The notes under the pieces were generated by a model. It worked only from the letters and a program-made list of their open reading frames with translations, was not told where the DNA came from and made no database searches. The position numbers and the translations under genes are program-made. Positions 8,940 through 18,250 of a DNA stretch of 53,444 nucleotides are shown here, in pieces. Where the stretch lies: positions 1 to 53,444 of the forward strand of contig WGNS01000052.1 in assembly GCA_016124415.1 (NCBI GenBank), given 5' to 3'. The DNA comes from Gammaproteobacteria bacterium. Its GTDB lineage: Bacteria > Pseudomonadota > Gammaproteobacteria > SZUA-140. Every line of letters starts with the position of its first letter. The stretch's first letter is position 1.

Positions 8940-10275
8940 ATTCATAGCGCGCGACCTCGCCTGCGTCTGGCACCCCTGCACCCAGATGAAAGATCACGAG
9001 GCCTATCCGCCGATCCCGATCCGAAGAGCCGAGGGTGTCTGGCTGGAGGACCTCGATGGCAACCGCTACCTGGACGCCATCAGCTCCTGGTGGGTCAACC
9101 TGTTCGGCCATGCCAACCCGCGCATCAATGCGGCCCTCAATCGCCAGCTCGAGACGCTGGAACACGTCCTACTGGCGGGCTTCAGCCATGAACCCGCCGT
9201 GGATCTCGCCGAGCAGCTCGTTGCCCTGACACCGGAGGGTCTCACACGCTGTTTCTATACCGACAACGGCTCCTCGGCCATCGAGGTCGCGCTCAAGATG
9301 AGCTATCACTACTGGCGCAATCTGGGCGAAGAAAAGCGGACGCGTTTTATCAGCCTCAGTAACAGCTATCACGGCGAGACGCTGGGCGCGCTCTCGGTCG
9401 GCAACGTCCCACTTTATAAAGAGATCTATGGCCCCTTGCTGCTCGAACCCGTCACAGTCGCCGCGCCGGACGATTATCTGCGCCCGAGGGACGAGGCGCC
9501 GGAAGACTATCTCAAGCGCCGTTGCGAAGAAATGGAATCAGCCCTGGAACATCACGCGGGCACGGTATGCGCCGTGATCGTCGAACCGCTCGTGCAATGC
9601 GCGGGCTCCATGCGCATGTACGATCCGGCTTACCTGACCTGGCTTAGGGAGGCCTGCGACCGCCACAACGTCCATCTGATCGCCGACGAGATCGCGGTCG
9701 GCTTCGGCCGTACCGGCACGATGTTCGCCTGCGAGCAGGCCGGCATCACCCCGGACCTCATGTGTCTGTCCAAGGGACTCACGGGCGGATATCTGCCACT
9801 CGCCGTGACGCTTTGCACCGACCGAATCTATCAGGCCTTCTACGATGATTACGGGACGCTCAAGGCCTTTCTGCACTCCCACAGCTATACCGGCAACCCC
9901 CTCGGATGCCGCGCCGCACTCGCCACGCTGGATATCTTTGCCGAGGACGACATCATCGTCCGCAACCGGGAACTGAGCCGGATCATGGCGGAATCCGTCG
10001 CCCACCTCGCCGGCCATCCGCACATAGGCGATATTCGCCAGCGCGGCATGATTCTGGCTTTGGAAATGGTCGCGAACAAGACCGACCGGACGCCTTATGC
10101 CTGGCGGGAACGCCGCGGCCAGCGCGTTTATCGACATGGACTTGCCAACGGTATGTTGCTGCGCCCCCTGGGCGACGTCGTTTATTTCATGCCGCCCTAC
10201 GTCATCACGCCCGATGAGATACGGGCGATGACGCGCGTGGCGTCGGAAGGCATCGACATCGCCACCAAGGACTGA
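8923..10275 (+). CDS. bioA: Adenosylmethionine-8-amino-7-oxononanoate aminotransferase
   Basis: [49 protein letters not shown]. Confidence 0.96.
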   Translation: MTTNDEFIARDLACVWHPCTQMKDHEAYPPIPIRRAEGVWLEDLDGNRYLDAISSWWVNLFGHANPRINAALNRQLETLEHVLLAGFSHEPAVDLAEQLVALTPEGLTRCFYTDNGSSAIEVALKMSYHYWRNLGEEKRTRFISLSNSYHGETLGALSVGNVPLYKEIYGPLLLEPVTVAAPDDYLRPRDEAPEDYLKRRCEEMESALEHHAGTVCAVIVEPLVQCAGSMRMYDPAYLTWLREACDRHNVHLIADEIAVGFGRTGTMFACEQAGITPDLMCLSKGLTGGYLPLAVTLCTDRIYQAFYDDYGTLKAFLHSHSYTGNPLGCRAALATLDIFAEDDIIVRNRELSRIMAESVAHLAGHPHIGDIRQRGMILALEMVANKTDRTPYAWRERRGQRVYRHGLANGMLLRPLGDVVYFMPPYVITPDEIRAMTRVASEGIDIATKD

Positions 10276-10281
10276 CGAAAT

Positions 10282-11016
10282 ATGAGCCAGATTCCCCGCA
10301 TCTATCACTCCGAACCGCTAACAGCGGGAACACAAGTTACGCTCGAGGAGCAGGCCGGACGCCACATCCTGCGCGTGCTGCGACTCCGTCCCGGGGCAGA
10401 GTTGATACTGTTCGACGGCGCGGGCGGAGAGTATGAGGCCCGCCTTGCAGAAGGCGGCCGGGCGGCCGTTGCCGACGTCATCTCTTTTACGGATATCGAT
10501 CGCGAAAGCCGACTGGAAATCCACCTGGCCCAGGTCATCGCCCGGGGGGAGCGTATGGACCAGATCATTCAAAAAGCCGTGGAGCTGGGAGTACAACGGA
10601 TCACGCCGCTGACGAGCGAGCGTTGCGGCGTGCGCCTGGAACCCGGTAAGGCGGTAAAACGCCTGCTGCACTGGCAGGGCGTTATCGCCAGCGCGTGTGA
10701 ACAATGCGGCCGCAACCGTCTGCCGGAAATCGACGATTGCATCGACCTCTCACCGTGGCTTGCCGACGGCGCGGGCGGCATTCGGTTCATACTGCATCCC
10801 GAGGCGAGTGAGCGGCTCGCGGATCTGGCCGCGCCCGAGGATCGGAAAGTCACCTTACTCGTCGGCCCCGAAGGAGGGCTGACCGATGCCGAAGTGGACG
10901 CCGCCTTGGCGTGCGGCTTCCATGCGATCAGGCTCGGGCCGCGCGTCCTGCGCACCGAAACCGCCGGGATGGCCGCCGTCTCGACACTGCAGGCGCTATG
11001 GGGAGATTTTTGTTGA
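10282..11016 (+). CDS. rsmE: 16S rRNA m3U1498 methyltransferase
   Basis: HILRVLRL, QKAVELGV, ACEQCGR, VGPEGG, LGPRVLRTETA. Confidence 0.96.
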   Translation: MSQIPRIYHSEPLTAGTQVTLEEQAGRHILRVLRLRPGAELILFDGAGGEYEARLAEGGRAAVADVISFTDIDRESRLEIHLAQVIARGERMDQIIQKAVELGVQRITPLTSERCGVRLEPGKAVKRLLHWQGVIASACEQCGRNRLPEIDDCIDLSPWLADGAGGIRFILHPEASERLADLAAPEDRKVTLLVGPEGGLTDAEVDAALACGFHAIRLGPRVLRTETAGMAAVSTLQALWGDFC

Positions 11017-11024
11017 AATCCTAT

Positions 11025-11053
11025 TTGCACAACATGGAAATATCGTCTAGAAT
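11025..11053 (+). promoter_or_regulatory. Sigma70 promoter for the 36-aa small ORF
   Basis: TTGCAC-N17-TAGAAT. Confidence 0.65.
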
Positions 11054-11094
11054 CGGTCCGTCAGTGTGACAATACAAAAATTATGGAGGGGAGC

Positions 11095-11205
11095 ATGACC
11101 TATTTTCCGGAAGTTCTGGTACCCATCGCGATCTTCTTCGGTCTGAGCGTTTTCATGGCCAGCAGCATTGCCGCCAGCGGCACCAAGAACATCGAAAAAG
11201 ACTAA
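11095..11205 (+). CDS. 36-aa single-TM small protein
   Basis: Not in ORF track. GGAGGGGAG RBS; MTYFPEVLVPIAIFFGLSVFMASSIAASGTKNIEKD; promoter before and terminator after. Confidence 0.75.
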   Translation: MTYFPEVLVPIAIFFGLSVFMASSIAASGTKNIEKD

Positions 11206-11230
11206 GACGGGCTAACACCGTCAGTCGAAT

Positions 11231-11260
11231 AAAGCCCGGTTCAAGACCGGGCTTTTTCTT
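11231..11260 (+). terminator. Intrinsic terminator
   Basis: aaagcccggt-tcaag-accgggcttt then ttctt. Confidence 0.8.
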
Positions 11261-11281
11261 TACACGATCGAACGCAACATT

Positions 11282-11815
11282 ATGTCATCGAACAGCACTT
11301 CAGGCTGGCATCCCCTGCTGAAGTTTCCGCTCGCGTCCGCCACGGCCTTTTTTATCGGGACCGTGCACGGCGTCGTTCAGGTTCTGCCGCCCATCCGTCA
11401 CTGGCTCGACTCGATCGGCAGCCCTTACGGCGGCCCGGGACACATGATCGATCCGCTTGCCCATGCCCATATCAACGTCGTCGGTGGCGTGGTGCTGCTG
11501 TGCATGGCCGTGACCTATTATCTGTTTCCCGTCCTGTCGGGACGTCCGCTCTACTCCCAGCGCCTGGTCACCCATACCTTTTGGTGGACCACGATCGGGG
11601 TTTCCGGCTTCTATTCCACGCTGCTGATATTCGGCATCATCGAAGGGCACTATCTGTTGGCCGACGATCGCGCCGGCATGGCCGCCGTGCATCACTATTA
11701 CGGCCCGATCATATCCATCGTCTCCTCGATCATGGGCGTCGGCTTCTGGATATTCTTCACAAACGTCTTCATGACGGCCCGCATGCTGCTGAAGGCGCGC
11801 CGGGAAAATGCTTGA
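11282..11815 (+). CDS. Stand-alone 4-TM homologue of heme-copper oxidase subunit I C-terminal helices
   Basis: LAHAHINVVGG plus YYLFPVLSGRPLYSQRLVTHTFWW, matching CcoN VAHAHLALLGF...YYGLQTIMRRKLYSLALANFHFWF in this window. Confidence 0.75.
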   Translation: MSSNSTSGWHPLLKFPLASATAFFIGTVHGVVQVLPPIRHWLDSIGSPYGGPGHMIDPLAHAHINVVGGVVLLCMAVTYYLFPVLSGRPLYSQRLVTHTFWWTTIGVSGFYSTLLIFGIIEGHYLLADDRAGMAAVHHYYGPIISIVSSIMGVGFWIFFTNVFMTARMLLKARRENA

Positions 11816-12335
11816 TTGCGGCTGTCCTGAACACTACCCCGAGGACTGGCACGGCCGTGACGTCGACCTGTCCGGACATTGCATTCTACGTCTGAGCATC
11901 CCGACCCCGGTTCACATGCCGGTCGGCATCGAAGCCTATCTGCAACGTCAGCAAAGATCGGTCGAGGAACTCGAACTCAGCGAGGAATGGCCCAACCTGG
12001 TCCTGGTCCGCACCGGGATATGGAAAGGGGAAATCATCCGTCTGATTAAGGAAGAAGGTTCGCTATCCCGGCTGGTGGGCTATCTGCCTCGGCCGTTCCA
12101 GGTTCGGGCACACCTGCATCACGGTAACGTCAGCACACTACGCAACTCCCTGCGCCTGATACAGCAATCGCTGTTTGACGAAGGGAAGATGCCGAAGGAC
12201 CTCTACCTGAGCCACCTGACCTGCCCGCGCTGCCGCGACCGGCGCGGCGGAGACCTGATCCTGGTGCTACGCCAATGGCAGGAAAGCCCTACGCTGAAAG
12301 GGCGGCTGGCCAAACAGCAACTAAGGAAAAAATAA
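11808..12335 (+). CDS. Hypothetical soluble protein with CxCP and CPxC motifs
   Basis: MLDCGCP N-terminus, LTCPRC near C-terminus; overlaps upstream stop. Confidence 0.75.
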   Translation: MLDCGCPEHYPEDWHGRDVDLSGHCILRLSIPTPVHMPVGIEAYLQRQQRSVEELELSEEWPNLVLVRTGIWKGEIIRLIKEEGSLSRLVGYLPRPFQVRAHLHHGNVSTLRNSLRLIQQSLFDEGKMPKDLYLSHLTCPRCRDRRGGDLILVLRQWQESPTLKGRLAKQQLRKK

Positions 12336-12351
12336 CCGGGGCAAGGCCCGA

Positions 12352-12735
12352 TCAGGATGAGGACGGGATGGGGTAGACCAAGACCGTATTCGTCTTACCA
12401 CGGTGCAAACGCACGAAGACCTGAGTATCGCCGGGATTCATCTGCACGGCCCTCCTGAAGACCCCGCTGCCTCCATCCTGTATGCCCTGCCGCCAGGGCT
12501 CCTGATCGTCCATGCGTAGCGACACCACGATGTCCGCTACCGGTAAACCACGCGGGCCCGTCGCGATGACCAGCAATTCGTTCATGCCCGGACGCATGGG
12601 CGCCGGACGGCTCTCCAGTGAGATCTGCACGCCTTGCCATACCTGAGGCTTGAAGGCGGCCTTTACATCGCCCCCGCCACTACAAGCGCTCAACACAAGA
12701 GAAATCATCAGACAAAAAACGATACGCAATCTCAT
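12352..12735 (-). CDS. Lipoprotein, FixH/YtkA-like Ig domain (putative)
   Basis: Lipobox LSAC; beta-rich soluble domain; last gene of the cassette operon. Family is inferred. Confidence 0.6.
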   Translation of the reverse strand: MRLRIVFCLMISLVLSACSGGGDVKAAFKPQVWQGVQISLESRPAPMRPGMNELLVIATGPRGLPVADIVVSLRMDDQEPWRQGIQDGGSGVFRRAVQMNPGDTQVFVRLHRGKTNTVLVYPIPSSS

Positions 12736-13040
12736 GAGGCACCCAAAGCGTGACTGGTCAGATATTCGAGAATCTCTGCGCGCTGCTCAACGGTCAATGG
12801 CGCCTTGCCCTGTGTTGCCATGTGGGTCTGCATGCGCGCGACGACGCCGGGCCATTCGTCGGCGCCATGCGCTTTAGGATTCGGCGGCAGGTGACAACGG
12901 CCGCAGCCCTTACGGAAAGCGAGCGGTCCATCCGCAACGGCCGCAGGACCGCTGCTCTCGGTCCCCGAACAGCCGAGCAAGGGTACGAAAAACACCGCAA
13001 ACGCGGCCCACCGCAGGTGGGCGAACAACGGCCTAGTCAT
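12732..13040 (-). CDS. Monoheme cytochrome c lipoprotein
   Basis: Lipobox LLGC; CGRCH; distal Met candidates in ARMQTHM. Confidence 0.8.
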   Translation of the reverse strand: MTRPLFAHLRWAAFAVFFVPLLGCSGTESSGPAAVADGPLAFRKGCGRCHLPPNPKAHGADEWPGVVARMQTHMATQGKAPLTVEQRAEILEYLTSHALGAS

Positions 13041-13509
13041 CCGAGCGCCTGTCTCCCGTTTTGCCGTCTTCCCCGTTCTCGCCCTCGTCTTCCGATTGCT
13101 TTTCCTTGTCGCTATCCAGGCGGCCGGCGGCCTTGGAGCCGTATAGGTTGACCATGAAGTAGACGAAGGTCCCGGCCACGGCGATATAGACCAGCGCGGC
13201 CAAAAAGCCCCAGTTGACCCAGCTGCGCTCGTAACCCGGCCGGTCGCCCCAGAACGGAAAGCTCAGGCCCACGGCCACGAGGACGACAACGAAAACCACA
13301 GCTAAAAACCACTTGGGCACACCGCGTTGGGATTCCGGGATCTTGTCGACGAGTTCCCAGTCCTCCATCCCACGTTTGGCAAGACGTTCTTCCTCTGAGG
13401 CGTAGCCGAAGTGATCGTTCGGGGCCGCCCCCCATTCACCCTGTCGGGCGGGTTTGCTACCGACCCGATCGGCTCCGGACTCGGCGCCCTTTTTCTCGGT
13501 CTCAACCAT
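13033..13509 (-). CDS. Two-TM protein, paralogue of 21284..21916, CcoP-N-terminus-like
   Basis: DKIPESQRGVPKWF...FPFWGDRP resembles GGIMEDNNRLPQP...FPLWGQRP of the paralogue. Confidence 0.7.
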   Translation of the reverse strand: MVETEKKGAESGADRVGSKPARQGEWGAAPNDHFGYASEEERLAKRGMEDWELVDKIPESQRGVPKWFLAVVFVVVLVAVGLSFPFWGDRPGYERSWVNWGFLAALVYIAVAGTFVYFMVNLYGSKAAGRLDSDKEKQSEDEGENGEDGKTGDRRSDD

Positions 13510-13511
13510 AT

Positions 13512-14825
13512 TTACTCCCCTCCCAGGGCCAGGTGTTGTAGGCGATAAAACTGCTTCTGGCCGTCGTCGCTACGCACGGTGACGAGGACCGGATAGACCC
13601 CCTTCTTGAGATCATCGATATGGAGGTTGATATCCCGGCGTCCTGCATTCATGAAGGAGGCGCGGTCCTGAGTCAGCTTGAAATGCCCCTCGGGCAGCCC
13701 CTCGACCGTGACGGACATGGTCCTGGGGTGGTAAAGCTTGTTGGCGATGCTGATCCGATAATCACGGATGTCCCCACCCTGTAGCGTTTCGGCCCGATAG
13801 ACGGAGAAGTGGTAATCTTCATAGCTCCACAGCCCCCAGACGAACATGCCCAATCCTATCGCGGCCAACGCGGCGGCGCCGGGCGCACGAGACATGATCG
13901 AACCAACGTTGGTCATGTGCTTGCGCTCTTCCTTTGAGGCGCCATCACGGCCCAGGGCGAAGCGCAGCAGTCCACCGCCCGTCTTGCGGTTCTTGCGGAT
14001 CTGGCTGCAGGCAGTGATGCATTCGCCGCAGTTGATGCAGGCATCATAGGTCTCGGTGTTGCGCGGATCGACGCCGATAAAACACGAGGTGACGCAATAA
14101 TTGCAGCGGGCACACTCATCCGGGTGACTGGCGTCATGTTGAATGCGTAGCGTCTCACGGGTCTTGAACGCGTGCTGCCAGATCCGGTAGACGCACATGA
14201 AACGGCACCAGAAGTGGCGAATGAAGGCGATATTGACCCACAAAATCAGCACGAACATGCTGTAGATCCAATATAGAGAAGGCGCCAGACGCACATCGTC
14301 CCGGAAAGAAACGAAAGACCAAATCACGTCGGGCGGATAAAAATACAACAGGGGAATCAGGGCGCCGGCCATCGCCATGGCCAAAAAGGCGATGCTGAGG
14401 ACGAACCAATGTCCCGCCTTGTTCTTGCCCGCGGACAACCGGACCGGGCTGCCGTCCAGACTGACCTCGACCCGCTTACCGAGCCAGCGACGGGTCATCC
14501 GGTCCGCCCATTCGGACAGGCTGTTCTGTGGGCAGACCCACCCGCAGAAGGCCATGCCGACAAGGGAATAGGTCATCACCAGCAGGCACGATATCGCCAG
14601 CCACAGGCCCACAACGAGATTGAAATCGGAAAACCAGATCTGGCGATCGATGACGACGAACGCGCCCTCGACCGGGTCAATCCTGAACAAGCCGCTGACC
14701 GGGATCAATATGGCCAATATCAGTGTCCCGATCTGCACGGCGCGCCGCGCGCGATGGATGCGGCGTCCCGACTCGGCGGGCACGCTGACTACGGGGATGG
14801 ACTGCAATATTTCCTGTCCGCTCAT
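13512..14825 (-). CDS. CcoG/FixG-like membrane 4Fe-4S protein
   Basis: FCGWVCP, FWCRFMC, CARCNYCVTSC, CINCGECITAC; C-terminal Ig-like region with IANK. Confidence 0.85.
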   Translation of the reverse strand: MSGQEILQSIPVVSVPAESGRRIHRARRAVQIGTLILAILIPVSGLFRIDPVEGAFVVIDRQIWFSDFNLVVGLWLAISCLLVMTYSLVGMAFCGWVCPQNSLSEWADRMTRRWLGKRVEVSLDGSPVRLSAGKNKAGHWFVLSIAFLAMAMAGALIPLLYFYPPDVIWSFVSFRDDVRLAPSLYWIYSMFVLILWVNIAFIRHFWCRFMCVYRIWQHAFKTRETLRIQHDASHPDECARCNYCVTSCFIGVDPRNTETYDACINCGECITACSQIRKNRKTGGGLLRFALGRDGASKEERKHMTNVGSIMSRAPGAAALAAIGLGMFVWGLWSYEDYHFSVYRAETLQGGDIRDYRISIANKLYHPRTMSVTVEGLPEGHFKLTQDRASFMNAGRRDINLHIDDLKKGVYPVLVTVRSDDGQKQFYRLQHLALGGE

Positions 14826-17500
14826 TGAGTAAGCCTATCATGTGAGAGGGTCGTATTTACACCGCCACCCAGCTTCCCGGCCGTTGAACCCAGGGGGTCC
14901 ATTGCCCGGTAGCGCGCGAGCAGTCGGGCCGCCCGCTCGCTGAGTCCCTCGCTTTCAGCGATAGACGCCATGTCGCGTAACGACTCGGGGTGATCCGGGA
15001 ATACCTCGAGTATTTGAGCCAGCGCCGTCTTTCGGGCGATGCCATGGCGCACGGCCTCGGTCAGGGTACTGTACATCTGGTCGGCCAAGCCCCAGGCGAC
15101 CTCGTGATCGGCCGGATTGGCTTTATTTGCGAACCGGATTAACCGAATTGAGGCCTCATCATGTCCTTGCATCGCTTCCTCCGAACTCCGCATCGCAAGC
15201 GCGGTCGCCGCGTAGGCGCGTTCGAAGGCGTCTTTGTCCGCCGGGGAAACGCCCAGATCGCCCGATGCAAACGCGAGAGAGGGTCGTTGTCCTTCGAGCC
15301 AGAACATGACCTTGAGCAGATCGAGATCGCCCGAAAAACGCGCCCTGGGCAGACTGAATTCGATGCTCGGGCGCCATTCGTCCTGGACTCGGCCGGCGCC
15401 GACGTGTATCCGTCCCCAGTACCGGCCGAGCCAGGTCCAGCCGCCCTCGCCGCCCGTCGGCCCATCGGTCGCCGCGCCGGTATCCCGAATGACATGCTCG
15501 ATTCCGCCCCATTCGTTCTTGAATCCGGCCATACCCAAGCGGAAACCGTCCACGAACAGCATATTGCGGGGAAAGACCTGAGCGAAGGTGCGCAGGACGA
15601 CCTTCAGCGTATCCACGCTGAACTGGTTCATGGCGAGCCACTGGACGAAGACGCCATCGTCGTTGAGATGCGTCCGGGCGCGATTGAATTGCTGGACGGA
15701 AAGCAGTGCGCTCCGTCCGACGAGATCGGGATGGAAAAGATCACCGATAATGACATCGTATCGATTTGTGGTCGTGAGCAGGAAGCGCCGGGAATCATCG
15801 TGATGGACACGCATCCCGGAAACAACGCCGCCATTGACCGGTTCGAACCAAGCCTGTGCGGCATCGATCGCGCCCTGAGACAGCTCGACGGCCTCGCGTT
15901 CCAGGTTGGGATACGCCAATGAGCCCGATGCCGTGATGGCGGTACCCAAACCGAGGAATAAGACGCTGTGCGGGTCGCGGTGCAAAAGCAGGGGCAGGCG
16001 CGCCTGATTGCGTTGGACCATGACCGAACTGGGGTCGGTCGCGGCATCCATGCGTTGCAGATCGCTCAGCAGCACCCTGTTCCCGTCTCCGCGCCGGATG
16101 ACATGCGTCAGCGAGACCGCATCCTCAAAACGATAGAGATCCGTGCTGTCCTTGTTCAACTCCGGCAGCATCTCTGCGACGGAAGGATACTGACGTACCG
16201 GCCAGGCGATGAGCAACAGGGGGACGATGGCCGTCCACCAGCGCCAGCCGCTCGCGAAATTGATACTCAAGCTGAGTCCCAGTACCAGGACGAACAATGC
16301 CGCGATGATGATGGTCGCCGGAGTACCGACCATCGGCACCAGCAGAAACCCTCCCAGCAACGCGCCCAAAGCGGAACCCAACGCGTTTGCGCCATACAAG
16401 CCCGCGCCGCTGTGGCCGTCGCCGCCGAGACTGCGCGTGAGTATCGGCAACCAGGCGCCGAATGCCACCGTTACGGGCAACGTCAACAGGGCGAGTAAGA
16501 CGGCCTGGACAACCAGTGCGTCGCCCAGAGACGAAAACGAACTGCGCTCCACCCAAGCCGAAAGATGCGGCAAGGCCCAGAGTCCTAGGATCATGGCAAA
16601 CGCGGCGACCAGCGGAAACGCCCTTAGGCTCCCCGCAACCGGCAGTCGACGGGAAACGAGGCCGCCCAGTCCGATACCCGCCACGTAAACCGCGAGTATG
16701 ATGGCCATGACGTATTCGGTGCGCAGCATGGCGAGACCGAAAAGCCGCGTCCAGGCGACCTCTAGCAAAATCGCCGAACATCCTATCCCGCCGTATGCGA
16801 TCAGCACCGTGTTTGGGATCGGCAAACCCGTCCGTTCCGGGAGCACTACGCGCCCTCGATGGCTGGGATGGCGTGAGTGGAGCGCGGCCAGGATCGCAAT
16901 GATTACGCCGAGGGTTGCGATCATCTTGACCGCAAGCGCCCAACCGAAGACGGGGAGCAATATCAGCGGCATCAACGCGCCGATCGCCGCCCCGATGGCA
17001 TTGGCGCCGTAATAGTCGCCCAGACGTCCGGCGCCGTCCTCGGCGCTCTCGAGTATGGCCGGGAAGGCCGCGCCCATCGCCATGGCGGGCACGACCAGTA
17101 TCATCAGCAAGACTGACGCCTGTATGGAATACCATTGGGACAACGGTAATCCCGCGCCCCAACGCGCCAGCGCGTCTGCCCCCCAATCGGCAAGGGCCGG
17201 GAATCCGAACGCACACAACGCGACGCCGCCTTCCAACAGCGCAAACATCAACAGCGGGTTTGATACCCTACGCGCCACCCTGCGTCCCGCCAGGCTTCCC
17301 ATGCCCAATCCGAGCATGAATGCGGTTACGGTGATGACCACCCCGAAAATGCTGATACCGAACTGGGTGCCGACCATACGCACCCAAAGGACCTCATAAG
17401 CCAATCCGGTCAGGCCGGAGCCCGTGTAGAGCGCCAAAAGACGGCCGTTGACCGAGGGACGAGCTATCGAGGCTTCTGTGGTAATGACGGATGTGTTCAA
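14822..17500 (-). CDS. Multi-TM domain fused to spermidine-synthase-like SAM-dependent domain
   Basis: GLAYEVLWVR, YGANAIGAAIG / YGANALGSALG TM repeats; VLFLGLGT, VELS, YDVIIGDLFHP. Confidence 0.88.
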   Translation of the reverse strand: MNTSVITTEASIARPSVNGRLLALYTGSGLTGLAYEVLWVRMVGTQFGISIFGVVITVTAFMLGLGMGSLAGRRVARRVSNPLLMFALLEGGVALCAFGFPALADWGADALARWGAGLPLSQWYSIQASVLLMILVVPAMAMGAAFPAILESAEDGAGRLGDYYGANAIGAAIGALMPLILLPVFGWALAVKMIATLGVIIAILAALHSRHPSHRGRVVLPERTGLPIPNTVLIAYGGIGCSAILLEVAWTRLFGLAMLRTEYVMAIILAVYVAGIGLGGLVSRRLPVAGSLRAFPLVAAFAMILGLWALPHLSAWVERSSFSSLGDALVVQAVLLALLTLPVTVAFGAWLPILTRSLGGDGHSGAGLYGANALGSALGALLGGFLLVPMVGTPATIIIAALFVLVLGLSLSINFASGWRWWTAIVPLLLIAWPVRQYPSVAEMLPELNKDSTDLYRFEDAVSLTHVIRRGDGNRVLLSDLQRMDAATDPSSVMVQRNQARLPLLLHRDPHSVLFLGLGTAITASGSLAYPNLEREAVELSQGAIDAAQAWFEPVNGGVVSGMRVHHDDSRRFLLTTTNRYDVIIGDLFHPDLVGRSALLSVQQFNRARTHLNDDGVFVQWLAMNQFSVDTLKVVLRTFAQVFPRNMLFVDGFRLGMAGFKNEWGGIEHVIRDTGAATDGPTGGEGGWTWLGRYWGRIHVGAGRVQDEWRPSIEFSLPRARFSGDLDLLKVMFWLEGQRPSLAFASGDLGVSPADKDAFERAYAATALAMRSSEEAMQGHDEASIRLIRFANKANPADHEVAWGLADQMYSTLTEAVRHGIARKTALAQILEVFPDHPESLRDMASIAESEGLSERAARLLARYRAMDPLGSTAGKLGGGVNTTLSHDRLTQ

Positions 17501-17550
17501 AGGAATACCGGGGCCGGATGCGGCCTGGGACGGATCTCAGCGAACCGTCA

Positions 17551-17970
17551 TCAAAACGGGAAGAACCAGACCGTGGAGGCGACCGCGTGCGCGATCGCGA
17601 GGGTCACGGTGAGCCCTGCCATGATCATATGCGGGACAAACAGTTGTTTGCCGGAAATGACCATCGTCACGCCGACGATCGCGGTACCGATGATGAGCGT
17701 CAACAACACGACGCCCATAAAGAACAGGATAGTGTGTTTGCGCTTGTCGCTGATCTTGACGGCCTCGCCCAAGACGATCTTGTCGCGCCGGAATCCTTCC
17801 ATGACACCGCGATCGGCTTTTTCGGCCGCGACCGGCGCGCCGTTGTTCGTACTCGTCGCGGTCTCGCCTGCCCATGCGAACGACGTTATCGACAACATCA
17901 GGACGAGCAACAACGGAGTGAAAAAGCGGCCGCGCGATACGCGACGCGTGTCGTTTCGCTCAGCCTTCAT
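17551..17970 (-). CDS. Exported-N-terminus, 2-TM protein with His-X13-His (possible heme b binding)
   Basis: Start reset to ATG 17970 (overlaps upstream stop); KHTIL and PHMIMAGLTVTLAIAH. Confidence 0.65.
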   Translation of the reverse strand: MKAERNDTRRVSRGRFFTPLLLVLMLSITSFAWAGETATSTNNGAPVAAEKADRGVMEGFRRDKIVLGEAVKISDKRKHTILFFMGVVLLTLIIGTAIVGVTMVISGKQLFVPHMIMAGLTVTLAIAHAVASTVWFFPF

Positions 17971-18220
17971 GATGTTCTTCCGTCCTACGTTTCTTATTTG
18001 CAAAACGCCAGTAGAGGATCGCCATGAGAATGAACGGCGACAATACGGCGGGCAGCAGGAACAAAAAGATCCACCAGGGCGTGTCGATGGTGACGTGCAG
18101 ATAGCGGTAGCTGTCGATGGCAAGACAGCTGTCGCTGAATCCCGCCGTGGCGAGGAACAATACCAGCAGGACGGTTCGCCTTGCGCGTGATTGCATGGTT
18201 GAGATGAAACTGTCCCCCAC
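17960..18220 (-). CDS. Small membrane protein (signal-like segment plus one TM)
   Basis: GTG with GGGAG RBS; IDSYRYLHVTIDTPWWIFLFLL; coupled to next gene. Confidence 0.7.
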   Translation of the reverse strand: MGDSFISTMQSRARRTVLLVLFLATAGFSDSCLAIDSYRYLHVTIDTPWWIFLFLLPAVLSPFILMAILYWRFANKKRRTEEHHEG

Positions 18221-18250
18221 TTGCCTTCTCCCTATATTCAGAAAAGTTAC

